From: an uncultured Gammaproteobacteria bacterium
Lineage (GTDB): Bacteria; Pseudomonadota; Gammaproteobacteria; JABCZS01
Assembly (NCBI GenBank): GCA_963848305.1
Contig: CAWKDC010000001.1
Span: 1,152,001 to 1,216,000 of the forward strand
Length of the DNA: 64,000 nt
Reading direction: 5' to 3'
In this document: one piece after another, positions 39,219-48,949 of the stretch
How positions within the stretch are numbered: position 1 is the stretch's first letter
How the letters are laid out: each line of letters opens with the position of its first letter
The notes under the pieces: generated by a model
What the model was told of the DNA's origin: nothing
Databases searched by the model: none
What the model saw: only the letters and a program-made list of their open reading frames with translations
Position numbers and translations under genes: made by a program

Positions 39219-39800
39219 TCAGAACACCATCAAGTCAATGGCAAAGGCCTTGAGGGGCATGACGCATAAAATGTTCAGCAGAGATAAGCCAATCATCAGG
39301 GCAATCGGAGACAGATCCAGCCCAGCCACGCGTGGCATGTAGCGTTGTATGCGTTGCAACAGTGGCGCTATCAGCGGATAAATCGCTTGTAAGACCGGGT
39401 TGATGGCGTGGGGAGTGAGCCAACTGGTGACAACCCAAATCAACGTTGAAAAGATATAGATATTCAAGCACAAGCCCAGCGCATCGGCAAATGCAAACAC
39501 CGCGATCCCAAGGGGATTAGGGAACATCATCATGCGCAGGCCAATCAAGAAATATTGGTTGATGAAGCAAAAGACGAGCACGATCAGGATGGATGCCCAA
39601 TCAATCCCATTCCAGCCGGGCACGATACGACGAACAGGCAGTAAAATGGGGTTAGTTATTTTTATAATTGATTGACAGACGGGATTGTAAAAATCCGCCC
39701 GCACCCACTGCAACAAAAAACGCAACAAGAATGTGGTGATGTAGAGTGTAAACAGCGTATCGACTAAAAATTCGATCGCATGCAGTATTGGATTGCCCAT
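39219..39800 (-). CDS. yggT: YggT family membrane protein
   Basis: LRFLLQWVRADFYNPVCQ..TNPIL.PVRRIVP, GLDLSPI; start MGNPIL at 39800. Confidence 0.92.
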   Translation of the reverse strand: MGNPILHAIEFLVDTLFTLYITTFLLRFLLQWVRADFYNPVCQSIIKITNPILLPVRRIVPGWNGIDWASILIVLVFCFINQYFLIGLRMMMFPNPLGIAVFAFADALGLCLNIYIFSTLIWVVTSWLTPHAINPVLQAIYPLIAPLLQRIQRYMPRVAGLDLSPIALMIGLSLLNILCVMPLKAFAIDLMVF

Positions 39801-39952
39801 GAATACCCTCCTGGGAACGCATGATACCATACTCGAGGAATAAATAGTTCTCCCGCTTCCTTGAAAAAACCTGTTGAGCAGTATAGTCTTAGGTATGGTA
39901 CTGTGTGTTGTTTTCAGGGAACCGTGGTTAGATTGACACAAGGGAAAGCACA

Positions 39953-40708
39953 ATGATCAAACAAATTCTCATGACAATGGCACTTGCACTCTTGCTGGGA
40001 TGCAATAGCTCACCCTCTGTTAGTTACATCAGTGATTACACCGCAGCGACGGATGACAATCGTGCTGTCTTAGACACGCAAGAGGCTCTAGACACTGACG
40101 ATGTGATTGACACGCTCGCGACCATGCTGGGCAGCCCAGATCAAACCAACACCGTGATTGCATCGAATGTCCGCTTTGTGCACAACATGGAAGAACTGGA
40201 TAACCCCGCTTACAAGCATTACGATATCCGCATCGCTGATAATATACGCATGGATCATGACATGAAAGATGGTTACGTGAAGGAAAGTGCATTTGGGTTG
40301 CGATTCCGTGTCGAAGAAATCAAGGATCAACATCCCCATGCGGTGGTTGCGTTAAACAAAGAGGATAAAGTCATTGCGGTGGCCCTCGATTCATTGGAAG
40401 CGCAAGCCCTCGCCCAGAAAAGCCCTCGCGTTTTCTACGTGTTAAAAGGTCAAACGCTGAAGCACACCATCAACCGTTGGGCTAAACAATCCGATTGGAC
40501 GATGGAATGGGATTTGAAAAGGGATTATACAATGGTGGCACCTGCCACGATATTTGGCGAATTTAGTACCCAAGGTGGCTCGTTGGATCAGCTGCTGGGC
40601 ACCTTACGTCATCTCGATCAACCGCTCAAAGCGCAGTTTACGCGGAATAAATTGGTCGTGATCCGTGAGAATACGTATAACTCGAGCATTATGGCCGTGA
40701 TGCCTTAA
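39953..40708 (+). CDS. Type IVb pilus lipoprotein with C-terminal TcpQ domain (PilL/TcpQ-like)
   Basis: Lipobox LLGC; KGQTLKHTINRWAKQSDWTMEWD..DY..F.GEF..PLKAQF..NKLVVI. Confidence 0.78.
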   Translation: MIKQILMTMALALLLGCNSSPSVSYISDYTAATDDNRAVLDTQEALDTDDVIDTLATMLGSPDQTNTVIASNVRFVHNMEELDNPAYKHYDIRIADNIRMDHDMKDGYVKESAFGLRFRVEEIKDQHPHAVVALNKEDKVIAVALDSLEAQALAQKSPRVFYVLKGQTLKHTINRWAKQSDWTMEWDLKRDYTMVAPATIFGEFSTQGGSLDQLLGTLRHLDQPLKAQFTRNKLVVIRENTYNSSIMAVMP

Positions 40709-40723
40709 ACAAGGGAATGCAAC

Positions 40724-42466
40724 ATGAAAAGATTTTTTACTGCGCTACGCCTCAGTGCAACCGTTGCGATTGTTTGTATCCTGGCGGCATGCGATTCAAA
40801 TTTTATCAATACGCAAGAAGAGTTAACACAAAACTCGAATAAGTCTCAAGAGATTTATAACAAGACCAAGGAAATCGACAGTAAGCACTCACTCATTGAG
40901 CACACGGATAGTTACAAGGTGGCTAACGAATCATTTCATATTGCCAAACCCAATGTATTGCCTCCTGTGTTTAACCAAAAAATGATTTATTCCTCTGCAA
41001 GTGAAGAAGCCCTGCCCACTATCCTGTCTGATCTTTATGCGCAAACTGGCGTCAAATTCAAGTTTTCTCCCGATGCCATTGCCTATATGAGTGGCGATAC
41101 TTCTGGTGGTTTCGCACCGCAGACCCAATCTGGGAATGCCGGCGGGTCGACGGAGAAAGGCACCGGGGCAACAGGATTGGAAACAGCTGCGATTGAAATT
41201 GGGGGCAGTGAAATCGTTTCCAGCGTGGGTGTGCTTAATAAAGTGCAATTGAATTTGCAATTCACGGGCACGTTGAAATCATTGATCGAACGATTTGCAT
41301 CTGGCTTCAATATCTATTGGGAATATGATGAAGACAAAAAAACGGTTCAATTTTTCCGTACACAAACCAAAGTGCTGGCGCTCGATGTTTTGCCAGGCCA
41401 AACAACCTTCACGAATGAAATGACTTCTTCCTCGGAAATTGGTGGGTCTGGTGCTGGATCAACAAGTGCCAATTTAAATAGTGGTGCCGTGATGGATGTT
41501 AAATACGAACAGACGGAATACAATACTTGGAAAGACACGGTCACAACGGTGCAAAATATGCTATCTCGCGAAGGGCGTGTGACACCGAATCCGCGTGCAG
41601 GGTTTGTGACAGTGACGGATATTCCTGAGCGACTTGCTAGGATTGAAGATTTTATTAACAAGATTAATGACAAGGCTCGTCGTAAAATTGCGGTGAAAGT
41701 GGATGTGTTCGACGTACTCCTTTCAAATAAAACAGACTATGGTATTAACTGGGATCTCGTTGTTGATGCATTGGGCAGTGAAGTAACGATCAATTCGTTG
41801 ATTGGGGGCAATTCACCGTTGTCAAACTTTGCCACGCCGATTGATACCCTGGTGTATACGCATACGGGCGGTGGCGCATTAAGCACATCGAATGCAATTT
41901 TCAGTGCATTGTCCCAACAGGGTGATACCAGTACGGTAACAGGAACAACAGTTTACACTGTCAATGGTGAACCCGCTCCTGTACAAGTGGTGACGCGTAC
42001 CGACTACATTAAGGAAATCACCTTTTCTGCGTTAACGGTTGATGCGCAGTCAACACAGGTGGCTGTGACACCGGGTACAGTGGTAACGGGTTTCTTCATG
42101 GTCGTGACACCCACGATTTTATCGGATAATCAAATTTTATTGAATTTATCCTTATCATTATCCACGGCGGATACCACAGGCCCTAGCAGAACAGCGGTGA
42201 TTTGTGCTCCAGGTACCACGCAAACAGCGACAACGCCTTGCCCATCCATTACCCTGCCTGAAGTGAAAAGTAAAAACTTCATGGAAAGTGTGACATTGAA
42301 CCCAGGGCAGTCTGTGATTTTATCTGGCTTCCAAGAGCTGGATAATGATGTTGGCGTAGAAAGCGTTGCCGCGCCATCCTTCTGGATGTTCGGCGGTTCG
42401 AAAGCAACCAATACACAGAAGGCGACCACTGTGACTGTCATTACTCCCTACGTGGTAGGAAGGTAA
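40724..42466 (+). CDS. Type IVb pilus lipoprotein secretin (R64 PilN/TcpC/BfpB family)
   Basis: Lipobox LAAC, Ser/Gly-rich insert, VTVTDIP, YGINW, ALSQQG, TVNGEPAPVQV, TPGTVVTGF, LNPGQSVILSGF, VITP. Confidence 0.9.
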   Translation: MKRFFTALRLSATVAIVCILAACDSNFINTQEELTQNSNKSQEIYNKTKEIDSKHSLIEHTDSYKVANESFHIAKPNVLPPVFNQKMIYSSASEEALPTILSDLYAQTGVKFKFSPDAIAYMSGDTSGGFAPQTQSGNAGGSTEKGTGATGLETAAIEIGGSEIVSSVGVLNKVQLNLQFTGTLKSLIERFASGFNIYWEYDEDKKTVQFFRTQTKVLALDVLPGQTTFTNEMTSSSEIGGSGAGSTSANLNSGAVMDVKYEQTEYNTWKDTVTTVQNMLSREGRVTPNPRAGFVTVTDIPERLARIEDFINKINDKARRKIAVKVDVFDVLLSNKTDYGINWDLVVDALGSEVTINSLIGGNSPLSNFATPIDTLVYTHTGGGALSTSNAIFSALSQQGDTSTVTGTTVYTVNGEPAPVQVVTRTDYIKEITFSALTVDAQSTQVAVTPGTVVTGFFMVVTPTILSDNQILLNLSLSLSTADTTGPSRTAVICAPGTTQTATTPCPSITLPEVKSKNFMESVTLNPGQSVILSGFQELDNDVGVESVAAPSFWMFGGSKATNTQKATTVTVITPYVVGR

Positions 42467-42468
42467 AC

Positions 42469-43722
42469 GTGATCATTTTATTCGGTGGGAAAGAATATGC
42501 AGTAGGCCTTAGCTGGTTTTCGATCTCCTCGACCGATGAAATTGAACAATTCAAACGCGAAATGCAATTAACGCATGGCGTTTTTAAACAATCAAAAATA
42601 GAGGGAATGCCATCTGCTATCGCCCTCGCACCGACAGAATATAGCAATCAAGTATCCCTCGCTGCTGCATTGTCGTATGCGCATGAGAATTTATTGTATG
42701 TGTGTAAAACAGAATATAAAGATGAGGCTGGGCGTCCTCTCTACTATTTATGCTGCGTGAAGCGCGGGATTGTCACCGTTGATGGGGATACCATGGCGGA
42801 TGGTGAAACGATTTTATCGCTTTACACACAAAACTTAATGGATTTCCGCAATGATTTGCCAGCTGACAGCATTGAATGTTTGGGCACGCGTGTCGAAGAT
42901 CATTTTGAAAGCGCTCAGCCTATTGATGAAAGCCAAATCATCACATCTATTCAGCGGTTTGAAAGTCAATGCCTCATTAAAGAACTACGTAAAGGCGGTC
43001 CATCAAAACTTTCTTTTGTACTATTGGGTATTGGTTTTGTGGGTTTATGCTATTTGGGTTACGGTTGGTTTTTCAAAGCCCCACCACCACCTCCGCCTGT
43101 TGTACATGCACCGGCACCGCCACCTGTAGACCCCTTCACGCAGTTTTTGAACAAAGTGGAATTTCATTCGACGATCACAACAGCGGGTTTGCCTTATATT
43201 GTTCAAGTGATCAAGCAAATTCCATTGCGCATGGCGGGATGGGATGTGAGAGACATTGCTATTCATCTCGGTGATACGACTACTTTTTCTGTGACACTGG
43301 TACGTACGCCCTATTCAACCATGGAAGATATAAAAACAGTGGAAGCATCAGGTTTGATCAGTGATTTGAAACTGAATTTGAATGGCGAAGAGGCCACAGC
43401 CAATTGGACTGGTAATATCGAACATATGCCTATGTTGACACGAGAAGCATTGGCACCGATTAAAACAGCTAAGAAATTGCAGTTTCAGCAATTATTTATG
43501 AGTGAATTTCAAGCCAATAACATCATTATCAAAATAGATAATTCAACGGACGTAGGCGGATTTAGCATGAGAAGTTTTACATATGCAGGCAAAGGCTTAT
43601 GGGGTCTAGAGGCTTTTAACGATTTGTTTCATGACATGACCACTATCGGTATTACATCGGTCATCATGAAACCAAATAAGGGTGAATATGATTGGAGCCT
43701 TCGGGGGGTGATTTATGGTTAA
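42469..43722 (+). CDS. Type IVb pilus accessory protein (PilO2/BfpC-like)
   Basis: YAVGLSW N-terminus, SLAAAL, one TM followed by a poly-Pro tract, IPLRMAGW; located after the secretin. Confidence 0.72.
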   Translation: MIILFGGKEYAVGLSWFSISSTDEIEQFKREMQLTHGVFKQSKIEGMPSAIALAPTEYSNQVSLAAALSYAHENLLYVCKTEYKDEAGRPLYYLCCVKRGIVTVDGDTMADGETILSLYTQNLMDFRNDLPADSIECLGTRVEDHFESAQPIDESQIITSIQRFESQCLIKELRKGGPSKLSFVLLGIGFVGLCYLGYGWFFKAPPPPPPVVHAPAPPPVDPFTQFLNKVEFHSTITTAGLPYIVQVIKQIPLRMAGWDVRDIAIHLGDTTTFSVTLVRTPYSTMEDIKTVEASGLISDLKLNLNGEEATANWTGNIEHMPMLTREALAPIKTAKKLQFQQLFMSEFQANNIIIKIDNSTDVGGFSMRSFTYAGKGLWGLEAFNDLFHDMTTIGITSVIMKPNKGEYDWSLRGVIYG

Positions 43723-44140
43723 TAAATACGGATTATTATTGGGTTTATGGTGTTCATTGATGGCATCAGCAGAAGATACCACGGTGGATCAATTGGATAA
43801 TTTGGAACGGCAACGTGTGGTTTTGGAAAAACAGCTTGAAGTCAGTAAATTACAAGGAGAATTGAATGAATCAGAAGGCAAGAGCAATGTCAGCCCAGTA
43901 GTTGCCACAGAAGATTTACAATCCTCTTCGTTGCACTTGATCAAAGTCGTTGGATTGGCCAGCAAACCCAAAGCCATTTTTTTGTATAACGGTTTCCGTT
44001 TATCCGCAGAGAGCGGGCAAAAAGTTTTACCCAATGTGGATCTTAAAAATGTAACAGACACCTATGTTACATTAACAGACACAAAAACCGGAAAAGACAG
44101 CATTTTGTGGTTGAGTAACAACAGCATTAACGGCAAATAG
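43715..44140 (+). CDS. Type IVb pilus protein PilP-like
   Basis: Signal peptide, TVDQLDNLE coiled coil, C-terminal beta domain (VVG..KA.F..G); synteny. Confidence 0.65.
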   Translation: MVNKYGLLLGLWCSLMASAEDTTVDQLDNLERQRVVLEKQLEVSKLQGELNESEGKSNVSPVVATEDLQSSSLHLIKVVGLASKPKAIFLYNGFRLSAESGQKVLPNVDLKNVTDTYVTLTDTKTGKDSILWLSNNSINGK

Positions 44141-44152
44141 TGGATCAACAAC

Positions 44153-45757
44153 ATGATTAATGCACCGAAAACACAAGTGTCTCCAGGTATCAATTACGTC
44201 AACTCGATTGAGGATATGCCTCGCTTTTCAAAATTGTTGTTCACTGAAAAAGAGGCTATACATTTGACAGATGAAGAGTTGTCCTGGTTTTTGCTGGCGG
44301 AGGGCGCTCTTTCAGAAGGTGAGCGAAAGGTCGCTTACTTGCTCGTGAGTCAAAATATTCCAAGCCAGATGAACCAACGTGCAAAAACATTTGCGCAATT
44401 GTTGCGCCGCACCCACACCATCAAGGTTATTGGCACATCCCGTGATATTCTCAAGCTGGTAGAAGATCACATCATGCTGGATGAATCTCATGAAGAAAAA
44501 ATTCCAGTGAATGAAACAGAGTTGTATAATTCCATCAACGATATGTTCACACGCGCAGTGGAAATGAATGCTTCTGATATCCATATCGAAGCTTATGAAA
44601 GAAGAACAGATGTCAAATTTCGTGTCAATGGCATGTTGGTTAAGGTGCTTGAGTTTGCTCAAGAATATTCCCATGAATTGGTGCGCATTTTGTATAACGT
44701 GTTAGCTGTTGAAGGTTCAAAGGATATTCAATTTGATGAACACAAAATGCAATCTGCCATTGTTGAAAAAACCATATTGGGAAAATCATACCGTGTACGT
44801 TTACAAACAGCGCCGCGCTATCCCTACGGTTATTCCATTGCACTGCGTCTATTACCACTTGAAACACGCAGCAGTGGCGCGATTGAATCGCTGGGCTATA
44901 CCGCAGATCAAGTTAAGGTATTGCAGCGAGCAGGCATGAAGCCCACTGGCGCGCTGATTTTTGCGGGGACAACAGGTAGTGGTAAATCAACCACATTGGC
45001 GAATTTGATTGCAGATAAAATCAATAAAACGAAAGGTGTTCGCAAAGTCATCACCATTGAAAATCCCCCTGAGTACGTGATCAATGGTGCATTACAAGTT
45101 AATATCAATGACACCAGTGATGAAGCACATGCGACATTTGCAGATGCCATTAAAGTCGCCATGCGTATGGATCCCGATGTATTGATGATCGGGGAAGTCC
45201 GCGATGATAGAACTGCTAAATTATTGCAAGATTCTGTTCAATCAGGTCACCAAGTATTTACCACTGTTCATGCACAATCTGCACTTGGTATTTTCGAGCG
45301 ATTGGTGGGATTGGGTTTCGAGAGAAATGTGCTCACATCGCCTGGATTTTTAAGTTTGCTCATGTATCAAGTGTTGGTGCCCATTAATTGTCCGCATTGC
45401 GCCATGACATTGTCTGATTTTGAGAAGACAGCCGTAGATATCTTGGATAAAGAATTGATTGTTCGTGTTAAGGCAGTCTTGTCAGCGGATGAATTGAACA
45501 AACTCAGGTTTCGTCGCGTAGAGGGCTGTGATCAGTGTAACCATTCTGGATTTCTTGGTCGATCCGCTGTTGCTGAATATATTGAACCAGATGATAAATT
45601 ATTGGCTTTTATTGCGAAGGAAGATTATCAGGGCGCACAAGCGCATTGTAAAGAAGTGGGTATTATTCCTGTCTTCTCGAATGTGCTAGATAAAGTCAAA
45701 TCGGGTGAATTGGATCCTCATTATGCTGAAGATAAAGTAGGCTACTTGACGGGGTAG
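44153..45757 (+). CDS. Type IV pilus assembly ATPase (PilQ/TcpT/BfpD; GspE/PulE family)
   Basis: ASDIHIE, GTTGSGKSTT, TIENPPEY, MRMDPDVLMIGEVRD, GHQVFTTVHA, CPHC..CDQC, GRSAVAE. Confidence 0.93.
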   Translation: MINAPKTQVSPGINYVNSIEDMPRFSKLLFTEKEAIHLTDEELSWFLLAEGALSEGERKVAYLLVSQNIPSQMNQRAKTFAQLLRRTHTIKVIGTSRDILKLVEDHIMLDESHEEKIPVNETELYNSINDMFTRAVEMNASDIHIEAYERRTDVKFRVNGMLVKVLEFAQEYSHELVRILYNVLAVEGSKDIQFDEHKMQSAIVEKTILGKSYRVRLQTAPRYPYGYSIALRLLPLETRSSGAIESLGYTADQVKVLQRAGMKPTGALIFAGTTGSGKSTTLANLIADKINKTKGVRKVITIENPPEYVINGALQVNINDTSDEAHATFADAIKVAMRMDPDVLMIGEVRDDRTAKLLQDSVQSGHQVFTTVHAQSALGIFERLVGLGFERNVLTSPGFLSLLMYQVLVPINCPHCAMTLSDFEKTAVDILDKELIVRVKAVLSADELNKLRFRRVEGCDQCNHSGFLGRSAVAEYIEPDDKLLAFIAKEDYQGAQAHCKEVGIIPVFSNVLDKVKSGELDPHYAEDKVGYLTG

Positions 45758-45759
45758 GC

Positions 45760-46833
45760 ATGATCACAAAGAAAGAGTTGTATAAATATTGGATCTCATT
45801 TCGCAACGTCCTGCTGCGTCAGTTTGTTTTTACCCATGAAAGACGCGTTAATTTATACCGAAATTTGGAAATGATCACTGGTTCAGGTGTTTCATTGAAT
45901 GAAACCATCCGACTCCTATCTCGTAAATACCGAAAATACATGCCTCACTCTTTCATGCCGCTCATCATGGATGAATGGTTAAAGTCAATGGCAATGGGTA
46001 TGCCTTTTGTGAATGCGTTGGCTCCTTGGGCACCTGGCTGGGAAATGTTGTTGTTGCGGGCGGGGGGTACATCGCAAATGTCAGCGATGTTCAGCCACGT
46101 GGCTGAGTTGTCGAATAATATTATTCGCTTGAAATCGGGTGTGGTGGGTGCGATTCGATACCCGGTATTTGCATTATTCATGTTGTTCGGATTGATGTAT
46201 GTGTTTGCGTATTACGTGATCCCCAGTTTATCGACATTTCTCTCGCCGGATAAGTGGCCGCCTGTGACGAAAAGTTTATATACCTTTACGACGACTTTCA
46301 CGCACCACATCGTGCTGATTATCCTATGTTTAGTATTTATGATTGGCCTGATTGTACACAGTTTATCGGCGCTGCGTCCTGGCATCATACGTACCGCATT
46401 CAACCGTATTCCTCCTTGGTCTATTTACAAGCAGTTTCATGGGAGTATTTTTTTATTGAGTTTGGCGAGTTTGTTACGTGCGGGCAGTTCGATTGGACAA
46501 TCCTTGGACATGATCCGCGCAGGTTCCTCGCCCTATGTTTCTAGCTTGATCATTGTCATGCAAGCCAAGTTGCAAGCCGGCCGCCCTGCTGGTGAAGCCA
46601 TTCAATCAGAATTATTTGACACGGAAACCAAGATTAACCTAGAGGTTTATGCGGATGCGGATAAACTAGAAGAGGGAATTCAAGTTTTGGCTCAAGAGCA
46701 ACTTGAGGCGCAGATCGTCAAACTGGCCTTGTCGGCCAAGATTCTGGGGAACGCCATATTATTATTAGTGGTTGGCTTCATTGCTTGGAACTACATGGGA
46801 TTGATCGCATTGGAATCCTCCATGACAGGATGA
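45760..46833 (+). CDS. Type IV pilus inner-membrane platform protein (PilR/GspF family)
   Basis: R..LY..L....SG, ALAPWAP..E..LL.AG, IRYP, PPWSIYKQFHG..FL.SL. Confidence 0.88.
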   Translation: MITKKELYKYWISFRNVLLRQFVFTHERRVNLYRNLEMITGSGVSLNETIRLLSRKYRKYMPHSFMPLIMDEWLKSMAMGMPFVNALAPWAPGWEMLLLRAGGTSQMSAMFSHVAELSNNIIRLKSGVVGAIRYPVFALFMLFGLMYVFAYYVIPSLSTFLSPDKWPPVTKSLYTFTTTFTHHIVLIILCLVFMIGLIVHSLSALRPGIIRTAFNRIPPWSIYKQFHGSIFLLSLASLLRAGSSIGQSLDMIRAGSSPYVSSLIIVMQAKLQAGRPAGEAIQSELFDTETKINLEVYADADKLEEGIQVLAQEQLEAQIVKLALSAKILGNAILLLVVGFIAWNYMGLIALESSMTG

Positions 46834-46909
46834 TGGTGTTCCTTGATATATAAGGAATCTCTGTTAGACTCAACATGTATGGGGATTATTATTGTTAAGG
46901 AGAACTCTC

Positions 46910-47416
46910 ATGTTTCATGTTCGTCAAAAACGCGTTGCCGGTGTCACACTTTTCGAAGTTTTACTCGTGCTATTCATTGCCGCTTTTATCGCCGCTGCTG
47001 TGGCCACCATTTATGCCAAGGTTAGCCTTACCTTCAAGCAAAACCAATTGCAATCTGGCATACAAACGATGACAGCCAATATTGCTGCTGCGTATAATGG
47101 TCAATATCCGAGCGGTGCAATGGCCGCAGATACGTTATATAACGCAGGGTTGGTGCCTGCTGAGATGTACTCAAATGGCCCCATCACCCCATTTCAAGCG
47201 ACAGATGGCTGGAGTGTGACAGGTAACACAAGCACATTTTCTGTGACATTGAAGGCTATTCCCTCAGCAGTCTGTTCAGGGATGTACCAATCGTTGACCC
47301 AGATCAGCAATGGTGGGTCATTAACGATTGGTAATACAAGCGCCTCCCCATCATCAGATGTCGTCGCATTGTGTGGTGCTGCCCCAACGCAAGATATTAC
47401 CGTGACAGTGCGTTAA
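46910..47416 (+). CDS. Major type IV pilin (PilS-like)
   Basis: RBS AAGGAG; leader MFHVRQKRVAG then VTLFEVLLVL; TPF..W.V, F.VTL.AIP.AVC, two Cys in the C-terminal half. Confidence 0.88.
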   Translation: MFHVRQKRVAGVTLFEVLLVLFIAAFIAAAVATIYAKVSLTFKQNQLQSGIQTMTANIAAAYNGQYPSGAMAADTLYNAGLVPAEMYSNGPITPFQATDGWSVTGNTSTFSVTLKAIPSAVCSGMYQSLTQISNGGSLTIGNTSASPSSDVVALCGAAPTQDITVTVR

Positions 47417-48940
47417 ATGTATCTACTGATCAAGCCGTTTAGGGCGGTGACGCTGTTTGAAATGCTGCTGGTACTGATCATGTCCGGTGTCATTGGTGTC
47501 GCTGCCTTTAAATACGAACATGATCAGCATCAACGTACCGTGGCAGGCAACTTTGCCGCCAAGATGTACATTTTTTCTCAAACCGTGCGTGAGTATGTGA
47601 GGGACAACCAGGCTGCGATCGAAGCAGGTACTTTTGTCCCCTCGCCGCCTGTTACGTCGCCATCCAGTTTTTCACAGTCGGTGAACAATGGACAGACAAC
47701 TTATATTTTCAAAGGCGTGAGCTGGCTCACGAATCCCAACCTGTTGCGTCCGAATAGCAAAATTCCCTACTTTTCAAGTCCTTTCACCTTCAATGATCTT
47801 AATCCACTTCAGTTGCGTACCAGCACAGGGCGAGAGGCGGTTGTTGGGGACGATGCAGTGACGGTGACGATCACCGGGCCTTCGATACAGATCAATTATG
47901 GGTTATTGTACGATGTCAGCAATCCTAACGTATCAGCAGTGCCTCGTGCTGCGGTGACGGCCGCTGCCGCCACGAAGGCAGCGGGCATGTTTGATCCAAA
48001 ATTAGGCGCCTCTGCCTATTCTTATACTGGAGGCATGGATGTTGCGGGTAATTCAGCGCCTGTGATTGCCACGTTGACAACACCCAGCGGGTTGGATGTG
48101 TATGTGCATCCAGATCAACCCATCGCATCGGGAGACATTAGTTTTCGGTCTGATGCCCCTCAAGGGAGTGCACAAATTCAAAATGTGCAGCAGATTGATT
48201 TCAATACAGCGCAACCTGGCTCAGCGATCGGTGGGCTCAACGTGATTCAATTTTCACCAGAAACAACAGTCAAATCTGAAGTGCTGACGGGCAGTCGTGG
48301 CGGTACTTCGTCGAATAACAATACTCCCACCGCCCCTGCTGCTGGAGGGGAAATGGATAATCTCGGCACGCTGAATTTCACGACGGAAGGGAATATTGGA
48401 ACCATCAACCAAATACAGCAGATTAATTTTACGGCGAACAGTGCGGTAAATAACCTGCAAACACTTCATTTCGATGGCACATCATCCAGTGCTATCACCG
48501 GTCTTGCCAGCGTGAATTTTGCTAATGGGGCATCTACTTTTACAGGGTTTGGTCCCAGACAACAGTTTTCCATTGTCTCAATATCCGATTGGTCTGTATT
48601 AGGGAGTGTGTCTTTGAACGATTTGGGGCATATGCTGGGAGTAGCAGGCCCCCAAGTGAATACTCCAGTGACATTTTCTGATCAGAGTATGCCCAACACC
48701 AGTTCACACCTATGCCTTTTGTATCAATATATTTTTCTGGACTCAAATCCACAGGGAATCAAAGGCTGTAGTCTCACCATTGGTGAAAATGGGGCATACA
48801 ATTTGTTGTTCAACCAAATGGCGCTGTGCACAGTGAGTTGTATCAGCTTTGTGCCTGTGCAGAAGGCTCAACCAATCATGCCCTCGATAGGAACACCATG
48901 TCAGGAGAACAATGGCGTGGCGAGTTGTTCCGGGGGATAA
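47417..48940 (+). CDS. PilV-like minor pilin / tip adhesin 1
   Basis: FRA-VTLFEMLL class III signal; N-domain shared with the two paralogues; six beta repeats; Cys-rich C-domain. Confidence 0.75.
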   Translation: MYLLIKPFRAVTLFEMLLVLIMSGVIGVAAFKYEHDQHQRTVAGNFAAKMYIFSQTVREYVRDNQAAIEAGTFVPSPPVTSPSSFSQSVNNGQTTYIFKGVSWLTNPNLLRPNSKIPYFSSPFTFNDLNPLQLRTSTGREAVVGDDAVTVTITGPSIQINYGLLYDVSNPNVSAVPRAAVTAAAATKAAGMFDPKLGASAYSYTGGMDVAGNSAPVIATLTTPSGLDVYVHPDQPIASGDISFRSDAPQGSAQIQNVQQIDFNTAQPGSAIGGLNVIQFSPETTVKSEVLTGSRGGTSSNNNTPTAPAAGGEMDNLGTLNFTTEGNIGTINQIQQINFTANSAVNNLQTLHFDGTSSSAITGLASVNFANGASTFTGFGPRQQFSIVSISDWSVLGSVSLNDLGHMLGVAGPQVNTPVTFSDQSMPNTSSHLCLLYQYIFLDSNPQGIKGCSLTIGENGAYNLLFNQMALCTVSCISFVPVQKAQPIMPSIGTPCQENNGVASCSGG

Positions 48941-48949
48941 GGGGAAATC